A stretch of DNA of 64,000 nucleotides from Alphaproteobacteria bacterium. GTDB taxonomy: Bacteria > Pseudomonadota > Alphaproteobacteria > UBA7887. The notes beneath the pieces were generated by a model. That model worked only from the letters and a program-made list of their open reading frames with translations, ran no database searches and was not told the DNA's origin. Made by a program: the position numbers and the translations under genes. Location: the NCBI GenBank assembly GCA_965216755.1, contig CBDCGL010000011.1:736001-800000 (forward strand), in the 5' to 3' direction. Positions 9,741 through 19,492 of this stretch are shown in pieces; the stretch's first letter is position 1; every line of letters starts with the position of its first letter.

Positions 9741-10571
9741 ATGTCTCGTTGTCAACATGTAAGCGCGATAATCCTGCTCCTGGTTACAACACTCTTGGCA
9801 AGTGTTGCGCCATCGCACGGCCAAGAACCAGACGGGCGGTTCGCGGATGCTGAAGTCGCCTATGACCGTGGCGACTTTGACCTGGCATTGTCCATCTGGA
9901 TCGTGGCGGCAGAGAACGGCGATGCCACGGCGCAATACAACGCGGCGACGCTCTATCGCTTGGGCAAGGGCGTACCCAGGAACATACCGCGCGCCATGGA
10001 GTTGTATCGGTCGGCGGCGGATCAAGGCCATACGCGCGCGCAAGTGAACCTGGGTCGGCTATTCTTGCAGCCGACCCGTGGCGGGCGCGACCCGGCGCGG
10101 GCGGCTTATTGGTTTCGACTCGCCGCCGATAAAGAAAACTCCCTCGGCCAATATTTCTTGGGCCGTCTATATCGGTCCGGCGAGGGCGTCCCCCCCGATG
10201 CCGCCCAAGCAGCAACACTCTTTCACAAAGCGGCGGAACAGGGTCTGTCCGACGCCGCGTTCGCCTATGCCGAGATGGTGTCGCGTGGCGAGGGCGTGGA
10301 TAGCGACCGGGCCAAAGCCGCGCGTTGGTATACCGTTGCGGCGGCCAGTGGACACGCGGAATCACAGCTGCGGCTCGGCGACATTTACGAGCGTGGCGAT
10401 GGTGTCACAGTGTCTTTCGAACGGGCCTATTTCTGGTACAGCCTTGCGCGTACGACCGGCATCGGCGCGGCGCTGGACGGTCGCGATCGGGTCGCACCTT
10501 TGGTCAGCGATGAAGTGCGTGCCGATCTGGATCGGCGCGTCCAAATGTGGCGGTCTAACGCGGAGAGATAG
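9741..10571 (+). CDS. Exported Sel1-like repeat protein
   Basis: Signal peptide plus about five repeats of type AQYNxAxLYxxGxGVxxxxxxAxxWxxxAA. Confidence 0.92.
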   Translation: MSRCQHVSAIILLLVTTLLASVAPSHGQEPDGRFADAEVAYDRGDFDLALSIWIVAAENGDATAQYNAATLYRLGKGVPRNIPRAMELYRSAADQGHTRAQVNLGRLFLQPTRGGRDPARAAYWFRLAADKENSLGQYFLGRLYRSGEGVPPDAAQAATLFHKAAEQGLSDAAFAYAEMVSRGEGVDSDRAKAARWYTVAAASGHAESQLRLGDIYERGDGVTVSFERAYFWYSLARTTGIGAALDGRDRVAPLVSDEVRADLDRRVQMWRSNAER

Positions 10572-10645
10572 GAACCCTTGGCGCCATGGGGTGCTGGGCG
10601 TGATAGTCTGGCCTGTCAATACGTCGCCAACACCAAGATGTGACG

Positions 10646-11335
10646 ATGGACTTCATTTTCATGGTGACCCAGAATGACCGGACGGTGCCCGATGCTGTCG
10701 GCGTTATCGAGTCAGTCGCGCACCTTGGCTTGGCACATATTGGCTTCAAGGATATCGGCGCCGATCGTGACCGATTGCTCGAAATTCACAGCGCGATTCG
10801 CACAATCGGTGCGCAAAGCTATATGGAGCTTGTTGACACCGACGCGGCAAACTCTCGCGAGTCGGTGATTTTTGCTGCGGCGGCGGGGGTGGATCATGTG
10901 TTGGGCGGCCGCGACCCCGCCATGATTCAAGATCTACTGATCGACACGCCCGTCAATTACTACGCTTTCGCGGGAATACCAGAGGGACATCCAACACGCC
11001 TGCGTGGAGGGACTTCAGAGATCTCTGAGAGCTGTCGTTCGGCCGTCGATTTGGGCTGTGCCGGGGTGGACCTACTGGCTTATCGCGCCGTCGACGCCGC
11101 ACCGCTCGATTTACTGCGGGCGGCACGGGCAGCATGCACTTCGCGCCTTATCGTCGCGGGCAGTATCACGTCCGCAGCCCAATTGGACGAGCTTAATGAG
11201 ACCGGCGCGGATGCCTTTACCATTGGTTCCGCGCTGTTCGCCGAGACCTTCGAACCCGAGTCGAACGGATTGGCAGCGCAGATTCGAGCGGTTCTCGCAG
11301 CTTGTGGTCCGAATCAGGTGTCGCGATTAGCTTGA
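10646..11335 (+). CDS. Uncharacterised TIM-barrel protein (ribulose-phosphate-binding barrel-like)
   Basis: HIGFKDIG, GVDLLAYR, C-terminal phosphate-binding-like IVAGSI...GADAFTIGSALF. Confidence 0.65.
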   Translation: MDFIFMVTQNDRTVPDAVGVIESVAHLGLAHIGFKDIGADRDRLLEIHSAIRTIGAQSYMELVDTDAANSRESVIFAAAAGVDHVLGGRDPAMIQDLLIDTPVNYYAFAGIPEGHPTRLRGGTSEISESCRSAVDLGCAGVDLLAYRAVDAAPLDLLRAARAACTSRLIVAGSITSAAQLDELNETGADAFTIGSALFAETFEPESNGLAAQIRAVLAACGPNQVSRLA

Positions 11336-11392
11336 ACCATCTCTATCTGGAGCTTCGTTCAATCATACTCGGTTTGAATGCGCTTAGGCGAA

Positions 11393-12745
11393 TTAGTGAA
11401 TGTCTGAAGAAAAGTATTCGTACTTACCATTTGGCATACGATGAATCCTGTCTTTGTACTCGAAATCGTATGAGTAAACGTCTCCAAAACAATCATTAAA
11501 ATAGTTTTCTAAGCGACTCTCCTGATCTTTGCTCAGCACATGATCGACGACAAGGCGCACGAGAATTTGGTCTAATAGACCCTGATGTAATTGGAATTGT
11601 TGCACAGGCGCGATAGCGCTTATTTCACTGGCATCGATCTCGGGCAGCGCGCGGTCGCCGTTTCGGTGGGCCACCAAGTTGCGCGTACGCCCATATACCG
11701 CATTCAACACAGCCAAGCCTCGTCCACAAGGGCAGGACTCACCGCGCTCCGCGATGTCGCCTGTGTCATATCGGATGATCGGAGACGCGAAATTGTGCAA
11801 GTCTGTTACCACAACGCGGCCCGGTTGACCAATTGCACAATCTTGGTCGGTGCCGTCAAGGATTTCTACGAAGACGGACTCGCTTTGGATATGGAGGTTC
11901 TCGCTCTGTGGACATTGGTGCGCGATCACACCCACTTCAGCGGCACTGTACGTTTCGACAACCGGCGTGTTCCATATGTCGGCACAAACGCGGCGGACGT
12001 TGGGGGTGAGAGGCTCACCAAACGTCCGGACTTCCCTCAGTTTCTGCGGATAGTAGCCGGTTTCCTCGGACAGCTTGGCTAGTTCTAGCAGCGTGTACGG
12101 AAGGGTCTGAAGATAGTCGGGATCTTCTGCGATCAAGACGTCCAGCAATGTCCGTGGCGGGCGCACGATTGATGCTTGCACGGACGGGCCCGTTCGAAAA
12201 CCTCTCGCCCAGCCGTCACTTCGCCGCAGGCCAGAGGCCGAAGAGAACGCGCGGAAAGTCAGGTTTTTCGCGGATAGGTCGCGGCCGTGCCAAACATGGA
12301 ACCTTAGGTCGAGAGCGTCCTGGATCACCGCATTGACATTGGTCTGCAGCACCTCCACAGGAGCGCCGCAAGATCCGGCAGTGTACACAGATTTTGGCGC
12401 CCCATGACCGGGCGGGATCTGGCCGCTTTGCAGGGCGCGCTTGCGTCGGTGCAAATCGTCGCGTGTGAGCAACGGTAGAGACCGAAAATCGTGGGATGTC
12501 AACGATTTAGGGTTGTTCTTGCCATAGTCGGCCAGGCGCCGTCTGTAAAACGGCGTGGTTCGCGCCGCATGTTGCATCAACCGCTGCAATTGCCGCATTT
12601 GCATCTCTAGAAGTCGTTCCGGAGGCCACCATTGCGATTGATCCAATTGGAATTGAATGGCTAATTCGCGCGCTTCATCACCATCGGCTAGGGCGGGCCA
12701 AAGAATTCCAGAAACGCGCGATTTTGGAACGGAATCGAACACCAA
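11393..12745 (-). CDS. Phenylacetate-CoA ligase (PaaK/CapK)-family adenylate-forming enzyme
   Basis: HAARTTPFYRRRL, LPLLTRDDL, YTAGSCG (P-loop variant), YSAAEVG, SPIIRYDTGD, CPCGRGL, GRTRN. Start uncertain (TTG ~12745; ORF open to 12982 but that would overlap the divergent gene). Confidence 0.82.
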   Translation of the reverse strand: MVFDSVPKSRVSGILWPALADGDEARELAIQFQLDQSQWWPPERLLEMQMRQLQRLMQHAARTTPFYRRRLADYGKNNPKSLTSHDFRSLPLLTRDDLHRRKRALQSGQIPPGHGAPKSVYTAGSCGAPVEVLQTNVNAVIQDALDLRFHVWHGRDLSAKNLTFRAFSSASGLRRSDGWARGFRTGPSVQASIVRPPRTLLDVLIAEDPDYLQTLPYTLLELAKLSEETGYYPQKLREVRTFGEPLTPNVRRVCADIWNTPVVETYSAAEVGVIAHQCPQSENLHIQSESVFVEILDGTDQDCAIGQPGRVVVTDLHNFASPIIRYDTGDIAERGESCPCGRGLAVLNAVYGRTRNLVAHRNGDRALPEIDASEISAIAPVQQFQLHQGLLDQILVRLVVDHVLSKDQESRLENYFNDCFGDVYSYDFEYKDRIHRMPNGKYEYFSSDIH

Positions 12746-12926
12746 TTTGCCGTCGGATATTATCAGGTTAGGCCATGTGCTTGATTCACAGAGAAGGTGT
12801 GATAGACGCGCCTGCCTGTGATCGCAATTACTTTTCGCGTCGGACACCTGTCCTATATCGAACCGTGACGCGGTATCTCGACGAACCCACAATTCAAGAC
12901 CTCTTTCGTTAAAAAGGAATAGAGTT

Positions 12927-13397
12927 TTGAAAATTAAATACTTTATGGTTTTCGCTTTGGTTTGTGCAGGTGTATCGACCATGCCTGCTGAGGCGGCACA
13001 AGAAGTGAACGAAAGCGAGCGTGCTTGCCTGGCCGAGAATGTATATTGGGAAGGTCGCTCCGAGCCGATCGAAGGCCAACAGGCGATCGCTCACGTGACG
13101 CTCAATCGTGTTTCAGACCCCGCGTTCCCCAACAATATCTGCCAAGTCGTGCGCCAAGGTGGCGAGAAACCACGCGGGCGATGCCAGTTCTCGTGGTGGT
13201 GTGATGGCAAGTCAGATCGGGTGACCGACGCAGATGCGTGGGCGTTGGCCGTTCATATTGCCGACTATGCCATTCGTGGCAAAAGCAGTGATCCGACGGA
13301 CGGCGCCCTGTATTTCCACAATGGCAAAGTTCGTCCAGCGTGGAGTCATATCAAGCAGCAAACGGCGGAAATCGGCCAACACACCTATTACAGGTAG
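12927..13397 (+). CDS. Cell wall hydrolase (SleB/Hydrolase_2 family)
   Basis: Signal peptide; CLAENVYWEGRSE, VTLNRV, ICQVVRQ, CQFSWWCDG, GALYFH, IGQHTYY. Confidence 0.93.
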   Translation: MKIKYFMVFALVCAGVSTMPAEAAQEVNESERACLAENVYWEGRSEPIEGQQAIAHVTLNRVSDPAFPNNICQVVRQGGEKPRGRCQFSWWCDGKSDRVTDADAWALAVHIADYAIRGKSSDPTDGALYFHNGKVRPAWSHIKQQTAEIGQHTYYR

Positions 13398-13452
13398 CGC
13401 GTTACCAGAGGCGCGGCCAAACTCGTCGCCGGCCACTTAGCGGTCACGCGTA

Positions 13453-14223
13453 TCAACTTAGTGGCCGACCGCCATCAACGGGCAATACGCAGCCCGTGCT
13501 GCTCTTCATCTGGGCGACCGCCGCGTACGCGACTCTGGCTACATCTTCGGGGCTGGCGAGTTTACCCAGCGGAGTTAGACGTTCCTGCGCGTTGCGCCAT
13601 TCGGGATCCAGCCCCTGAACGAATTCCGTATCGACCAGACCCGGCGCGATGGCGACCACGCGAATATCCGGCGCCAGCGCGCGCGCAAGTGATATCGTCA
13701 TGGTGTTGACTGCCGCTTTTGACGCGCAATAGGCAACATTGCTTCCCATCCCCGTGGTGCCGGCGATCGACGAAATGTTGATGATCGTGCCGCCGCCTGT
13801 CTCTGCGATCAGTGGTTTCAGTGCGCGAATGGCTGCAAACGTACCACGCCAATTGACGCGGAAAATCTCGTCGATCAGGTTGTCGTCCAGTGATTCGAGG
13901 TCGTCATGGGCGACAAATCGCGTCGTGCCGGCACAGTTGACCAATACGTCGAGCCGGCCTTCGTGCTGACGGAGATCTTCGCGCAGGTCTTGGAGGTTAG
14001 CCGAGTCTTCGACATCAATAGCAATATGTCGGTGTTCGTCGCCTGGTAGAGTCGTGACGAGTTCCGTGGCCGCATTGGCACGCCTGCGATATCCAACCAC
14101 CACGCGCATGCCGCCGGCAGCAAGCGCCCGACAAATGGCGCCGCCGATGCCGCCAGCGCCGCCGACGACCAATGCGACCTTATCCCGCATGTCCGCTGTA
14201 AGTTGAAAATCGCTGTTCGACAT
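13453..14223 (-). CDS. Short-chain dehydrogenase/reductase
   Basis: GGAGGIG, VNCAG, NISSIAG, YCASK. Confidence 0.93.
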   Translation of the reverse strand: MSNSDFQLTADMRDKVALVVGGAGGIGGAICRALAAGGMRVVVGYRRRANAATELVTTLPGDEHRHIAIDVEDSANLQDLREDLRQHEGRLDVLVNCAGTTRFVAHDDLESLDDNLIDEIFRVNWRGTFAAIRALKPLIAETGGGTIINISSIAGTTGMGSNVAYCASKAAVNTMTISLARALAPDIRVVAIAPGLVDTEFVQGLDPEWRNAQERLTPLGKLASPEDVARVAYAAVAQMKSSTGCVLPVDGGRPLS

Positions 14224-14409
14224 GTGGTTACCTTTCTCATGTCACGAAGTCATCAATCGCATTTGGCGTGGCAATTGCGATGGCGACTTTTGGATATTGG
14301 ACGCGTCGCGCTAAGCTTTGTTCGGCCAGTCGGGATTTTTGCAGGATACGGCCCCCATATGATCGTGTCGCGCGTCATTTCGGCTAAGTCAACTATCGGA
14401 GACAACGCG

Positions 14410-16074
14410 GTGTCGCAAGTTATCAAGCAGCCAAGGCAACCATCTTCGCTACAGGCGACGGCGGCACTGCTGGCGGCTGCTGCCGTGCTCAACACCACAT
14501 TGACCTTTCATAATATCTGGCCAACGCCGTGGATTCGTCCGTCGGCGGAGGTTTCCGTAGAGATCGTGTCTTTGGTGCTGGCGCTGGCGCTGGCGATGGC
14601 GATCGGGTTCCGGCCCGGCGCGACCACCCGTTGGCTGCTTACCATCGTCGTTATGTTCTTGGCTGCCGCGCGCTATGCCGAAGTTACAGCACCAGCCTTA
14701 TTTGGCCGGGCGATCAATGTTTATTGGGATCTGCCCCATGTGCCCAACGTTATACGGATGATGACCGAAGCGCTGCCGGCTGCGTTTTTGGTGGTGGGCC
14801 TTGGCTGTCTTGTTATTGGCTTGTTTTTGCTGGCGAGCGCAATCAACGCTGCCTTGCGTTGGCTTTCGATTGCGCTTGCCGTCGTGCCGTTGCGACGAAT
14901 GGCGATAATTGCGTCCGTTTGTTTGATCGCCTTGTTTCACCTTTCGTACGGCGGTTTCGGCATCGCGCCTTTGATCCGTTTCTCGATCCCGGTTACGCGC
15001 ACATATGCACAGCAAGCCGAATTCTTGATCGATGTCGCGCAAAGCGCTGATCAGCTCGAACGAACCTGGCCGACCGCCCCTGTTAATCCCGATATCGCGC
15101 GCCTCAGGCATACCGACCTGGATTTGCTCTTTTTTGAGTCTTATGGCGCGACGGCCTTAGACGAACCACGGCATGCCGGTTCGTTGTCGGCCGCATTTGC
15201 CGCCCTTGAAGTTGGCTTGAAGGGATCGCCTTGGCAGGTTGTCTCAGGTTATTTGCGTGCGCCGACATTTGGGGGCGCTTCGTGGCTGACGCACGCCAGT
15301 GTTTTGTCCGGTCTGCACATCACCGACCAGCAAGACTACCATATGCTTCTGACCACCGACCGCGCCACGCTCGTCCAGCATTTCGACGCGTTGGGGCACC
15401 GCACGGTGGCCGTCTTTCCAGGCTTTCGCAAAGCATGGCCGGAGGGCCAATACTACAGGTTCGACCAGCTCTACGATGCACAGATGCTTGACTATCCGGG
15501 CCCGGCGTTCGGTTGGTGGACCATCCCCGATCAGTTCAGCTTGGCCAAGGCACGCTCGCAAGAATTGCGTATCGCCGACACCGCACCCCGTTTCACGGTT
15601 TTCGCATCGATAACAAGTCACGCGCCATTCGCGCCAACTCCGCCCTACATCGACGACTGGTCGCAGATGACGCGCCCGCACCCCTATCGCGACGCCGCGG
15701 TCCCGGTTGACGTTGAAGAGCGGAACAGATGGACGGATATGAGCCCATCCTATGTGCGCACGATACGCTATAACTTGAATGTGTTAGCCGGCTGGTTAAA
15801 TCTGCGATCGGCCGACGATGCGATTGTGATCGCCATGGGTGACCATCAGCCGCCAGCCGCGGTCAGTGGCGAGAGTGCGCGGTGGGACGTGCCCGTGCAT
15901 GTTTTTGCTCAGTTCGATGGATTTCTAAGACCCTTCGTGGCCGCGGGTTTTACGCCGGGCCTTGTTCCACGAGGGCCGACCCTGGGCGGAGTCGAGCTGA
16001 TCCATGATGTGGTCGTCCATAGCTTTGGCAAATTGGGCACCGCGCAAGTTCGTGCGTACAACAAAAGCGATTAG
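14410..16074 (+). CDS. Membrane-anchored alkaline-phosphatase/sulfatase-superfamily protein (LtaS/OpgB/EptA-like phosphotransferase)
   Basis: About five N-terminal TM helices, then FFESYG (metal Glu), PTFGGASWLTH (Ser at the nucleophile position), TSHAPF, GDHQP. GTG start at 14410 after GGAG. Confidence 0.8.
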   Translation: MSQVIKQPRQPSSLQATAALLAAAAVLNTTLTFHNIWPTPWIRPSAEVSVEIVSLVLALALAMAIGFRPGATTRWLLTIVVMFLAAARYAEVTAPALFGRAINVYWDLPHVPNVIRMMTEALPAAFLVVGLGCLVIGLFLLASAINAALRWLSIALAVVPLRRMAIIASVCLIALFHLSYGGFGIAPLIRFSIPVTRTYAQQAEFLIDVAQSADQLERTWPTAPVNPDIARLRHTDLDLLFFESYGATALDEPRHAGSLSAAFAALEVGLKGSPWQVVSGYLRAPTFGGASWLTHASVLSGLHITDQQDYHMLLTTDRATLVQHFDALGHRTVAVFPGFRKAWPEGQYYRFDQLYDAQMLDYPGPAFGWWTIPDQFSLAKARSQELRIADTAPRFTVFASITSHAPFAPTPPYIDDWSQMTRPHPYRDAAVPVDVEERNRWTDMSPSYVRTIRYNLNVLAGWLNLRSADDAIVIAMGDHQPPAAVSGESARWDVPVHVFAQFDGFLRPFVAAGFTPGLVPRGPTLGGVELIHDVVVHSFGKLGTAQVRAYNKSD

Positions 16075-16077
16075 ACC

Positions 16078-18681
16078 TTGACCGCGCGCAATCTGCTCAT
16101 TGTGTCTTGGGTCGCGGCACTGACTGTCACGATTTGGTGGGCGGCTCATTCGCCCCACAGCCCACCATCTTGGGATGGCGGTCTGGTCGGTGGCCTGACC
16201 TATGCGCCATATCAACGGCACGACGACCCCGCACGCCGGGACGTGCCTTCGCGAGAGGATGTTTACCGCGACGTCGACCTCATTGCTGGCCGCGCCGGCG
16301 CAATACGGACCTACGCGATGGACGCCGCAGGCGCACGTGCCGTCGCCGCGGCAGCAGCGTACAATTTGCGCATCACTGCCGGGGCATGGCTGCGTGGGGC
16401 CCGTGACGCCGACCGCGCTGAGATCGAGCACTTGATCGCGGTGGCCAATCGTACGTCGGCGATCGAGCGTCTCTTGATCGGCAACGAAACGGTTTTGCAT
16501 GAGCGACTTGCGCCGCGAGAGCTCGCGGCGCTGATCGGCAATGTGCGCCAAACAGCGTCTGTGCCTGTCGGCACGGCGGAGCCATGGCACATATGGCTGG
16601 CCCATCCCGAGCTTGCCGCGGCAAGCGACTTCGTCGGTGTTCACATCCTGCCCTATTGGGAGGGTATTTCACGCACCGCCGCCATCGACTATGTCTTTCG
16701 GCGCCTCGCGGCGCTGCGGACGGCGTTTCCAGGCAAACCGATCGTTTTGGCAGAGGTTGGCTGGCCGAGTGACGGACCAAGAATGGGTGCGGCCGTTCCA
16801 TCGATCGCCAACCAGGCGTGGTTTAGCCGCGCTTTCGCTACCCGCGCGGAAAAGGAAGGTTTCAGCGACTATTTCTTCATCGAGGCATTTGACCAACCTT
16901 GGAAATCGGCGAGCGAGGGACAAGTCGGGCCGTATTGGGGCCTGTGGAACGCCAATCGGCAGCCCAAATTCCCCTGGGTCGGTTCGGTCACGCCGCGTCC
17001 TTCTTGGTGGTTGCCAACGATGGTGGTGGTTTTGGGGCTGCTTATCGTCGCCGGTGTCTATTTACGCGCCAGGCCGCAGATTTCGTCGACGGGCACAGCG
17101 GCAATGTCGTTTTTTGTTGTGGGCAGTTTTTCGCTTTACGCATTGACCGCGTCGGCGCCGCTTGTTCGGTACTACACAGGGGCTGAGATTGCGGTATGGA
17201 GTGTGCTTCTGGCCGCCCAATTGCTATTGATCGCGACGGCACTTGTAGAGGCCATTGAAGCGCTAGACGTAACGTGTACGGGGCCGCGACGACGCATTTT
17301 TGCGGCGAACCCTGGCGTTGTCGCCCGGCACCCAATGGTGTCGATCCATGTCCCATGCTGCGACGAGCCGCCGGACATGGTCGCGCAAACTTTGCGGGCG
17401 CTCGGGCGACTGGACTACCCCGCCTACGAGGTCTTGGTTATCGTCAACAATACGCCGGATCCGGAAAACAGACGGGCAATCTCCGATCTGTGCCGGCGCT
17501 TTGGTCCGAAGTTCCGCTTCATCTGTTTGCCGGATTGTCCTGGCTACAAGGCTGGCGCATTGAACGTCGCCCTGTCACGAAGTCACGCAGCGGCGGAAAT
17601 CGTGGCCGTCGTCGACAGCGACTATACGGTCGACCCGCATTGGCTGAGTGCGGCGGTTCCGCATTTCACCGCGCCCGACGTGGCCATTGTTCAGGCACCG
17701 CAGGACTATAGAGATCGCTTGCGAAGCGTCTTCAAGCGCCTTTGCTTTTGGGAATATGCAGCGTTTTTCAAAATCGGCATGGTGCAACGGAATGAGGCCA
17801 ACGCCATCATTCAACATGGCACAATGACTCTCATTCGGCGGCGGGCGCTGCAGGACGTCGGCGGCTGGAACGGATGGTGCATTACTGAAGATGCGGAACT
17901 GGGGCTGCGTCTTATGGCCGCCGGATGGCGTTCGGCCTTTATCACCCGGTCCCTGGGGCGCGGCCTGACACCCGATCGATTTGAGTCCTACAAGGCCCAG
18001 CGATTTCGCTGGGTCTACGGGGCCATGCAAGTCTTGAAGCATCACGCAGGGGCTCTGTTTCTGGGGCGCGAAACGCAACTTTCGGTCTCGCAGCGCTACC
18101 ATTTTGTCGCCGGTTGGTTGCCTTGGTTGGCCGATGGCTGCGGATTGCTGTTCACGGTTGGCGCCATCGCGTGGTCGGCCGCGCTGGCATTGTGGCCTGA
18201 CGCGATCATGGCGCCAGCCGCTGTGTTTCTGCTGCCCACCGTTGCGGTGTTCTTATTTCGGCAGGCGCGGGTCTTGTGGCTCTATCGCCGCACGATGGGC
18301 TGTCGTTTCGTGCAAGCAGCCGGAGCATCGATTGCCGGCTTGGGCCTGAGCCACACTGTCGGCAAGGGGGTGTTGTGGGGTCTATTCACACGACAGCGGC
18401 CGTTTCTTCGCACCCCCAAATGCGAAGACAGGCCCGGATTGCTCAATTTGGTGGCCGGCGTGGGCGAAGAAGCCGTCATTTTCCTGGCGCTGGCCGGGTC
18501 GATAGCGGCTGTCGCGCTGCAACAGGGATTGGATAACATAGATGTCCGATTGTGGCTGCTGGTACTGACGATACAGACGATTCCCTATGCTGCGGCGATC
18601 GCACTTGCGGTCCTTAGTGGTCGACCTATCCAGGTCGGCCAACAGATGGCTGCGCCTATTGTTGTCGAACCGGCTGAATAA
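16078..18681 (+). CDS. GH17 + GT2 fusion, NdvB-like (cyclic) beta-1,3-glucan synthase
   Basis: GH17: IRTY, IGNETV, HILPYWEG, AEVGWPS, IEAFDQPWK. TM segment. GT2: GYKAGALN, VDSDY, QAPQDYR, ITEDAELG, QRFRW. C-terminal TMs and FLRTPK. Confidence 0.92.
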   Translation: MTARNLLIVSWVAALTVTIWWAAHSPHSPPSWDGGLVGGLTYAPYQRHDDPARRDVPSREDVYRDVDLIAGRAGAIRTYAMDAAGARAVAAAAAYNLRITAGAWLRGARDADRAEIEHLIAVANRTSAIERLLIGNETVLHERLAPRELAALIGNVRQTASVPVGTAEPWHIWLAHPELAAASDFVGVHILPYWEGISRTAAIDYVFRRLAALRTAFPGKPIVLAEVGWPSDGPRMGAAVPSIANQAWFSRAFATRAEKEGFSDYFFIEAFDQPWKSASEGQVGPYWGLWNANRQPKFPWVGSVTPRPSWWLPTMVVVLGLLIVAGVYLRARPQISSTGTAAMSFFVVGSFSLYALTASAPLVRYYTGAEIAVWSVLLAAQLLLIATALVEAIEALDVTCTGPRRRIFAANPGVVARHPMVSIHVPCCDEPPDMVAQTLRALGRLDYPAYEVLVIVNNTPDPENRRAISDLCRRFGPKFRFICLPDCPGYKAGALNVALSRSHAAAEIVAVVDSDYTVDPHWLSAAVPHFTAPDVAIVQAPQDYRDRLRSVFKRLCFWEYAAFFKIGMVQRNEANAIIQHGTMTLIRRRALQDVGGWNGWCITEDAELGLRLMAAGWRSAFITRSLGRGLTPDRFESYKAQRFRWVYGAMQVLKHHAGALFLGRETQLSVSQRYHFVAGWLPWLADGCGLLFTVGAIAWSAALALWPDAIMAPAAVFLLPTVAVFLFRQARVLWLYRRTMGCRFVQAAGASIAGLGLSHTVGKGVLWGLFTRQRPFLRTPKCEDRPGLLNLVAGVGEEAVIFLALAGSIAAVALQQGLDNIDVRLWLLVLTIQTIPYAAAIALAVLSGRPIQVGQQMAAPIVVEPAE

Positions 18682-18685
18682 GCCG

Positions 18686-19492
18686 ATGGCCCACGTCACG
18701 CACGCATATTGGCAAGATCTGAAAACCACGGATTTCGATGCAATGGATCGGGAGACCACGGTCGTGCTGCTGCCGGTGTCCGCGATCGAACAGCACGGGC
18801 CGCATCTACCGCTCGGCACCGATTGGTTCATTAACGAGGCGATTTTGCAGCGCGCGATCGACCACATATCCGTGCCAGCGAGAGTATTGATTTTGCCAAG
18901 CCAGGCCGTCGGGCATAGCGGCGAACATATTGCCTTCGCGGGCACACTCAGCCATGAGGCTGAAACCCTGATCGCGGCGTGGACGGAAATCGGCGCCGAC
19001 GTGGCGCGTACCGGATTGCGGAAGTTGGTTATTTTCAACAGCCATGGTGGGCAATCACATGTCGTGGACATTGTTGCGGGGCGGCTGCGCCGCGCGCACG
19101 GCATGCTGGTTATTCGCACCAACAGCTTCCGGTTGGGCCCGCCGCCAGGATTGTTTGATGAATGGGAGGCCGCCCACGGCATCCATGGCGGGGCGATTGA
19201 AACATCGATGATGCTCCACTTGCGACCGGAGCTCGTTGAAATGGAAAAGGCGGCCCGCTTTGTCCCATACTCCGAGCACATGGAACGCCAGATGGCGATT
19301 GTACGCGCAGACCGCCCAGTCGGTTTCGGCTGGCAAAGTGAGGATTTGCATGCCGCGGGCGCCGCCGGTGACGCGGCCGCGGCCGACGCTGAAAAAGGCC
19401 GCATAGCCATCCACGACATGGCCAAGAAGCTCGCTTTGGTCATCGACGATGCAGCCCGATTTCCTTTGGCGAAGCTGGGCAATGCGCCGTGA
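18686..19492 (+). CDS. Creatininase family amidohydrolase (FAPy-nucleotide deformylase-like)
   Basis: LPVSAIEQHGPHLPLGTD, SGEH, FNSHGGQ, HGGAIETS. ATG 4 nt after the glucan synthase stop. Confidence 0.9.
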   Translation: MAHVTHAYWQDLKTTDFDAMDRETTVVLLPVSAIEQHGPHLPLGTDWFINEAILQRAIDHISVPARVLILPSQAVGHSGEHIAFAGTLSHEAETLIAAWTEIGADVARTGLRKLVIFNSHGGQSHVVDIVAGRLRRAHGMLVIRTNSFRLGPPPGLFDEWEAAHGIHGGAIETSMMLHLRPELVEMEKAARFVPYSEHMERQMAIVRADRPVGFGWQSEDLHAAGAAGDAAAADAEKGRIAIHDMAKKLALVIDDAARFPLAKLGNAP

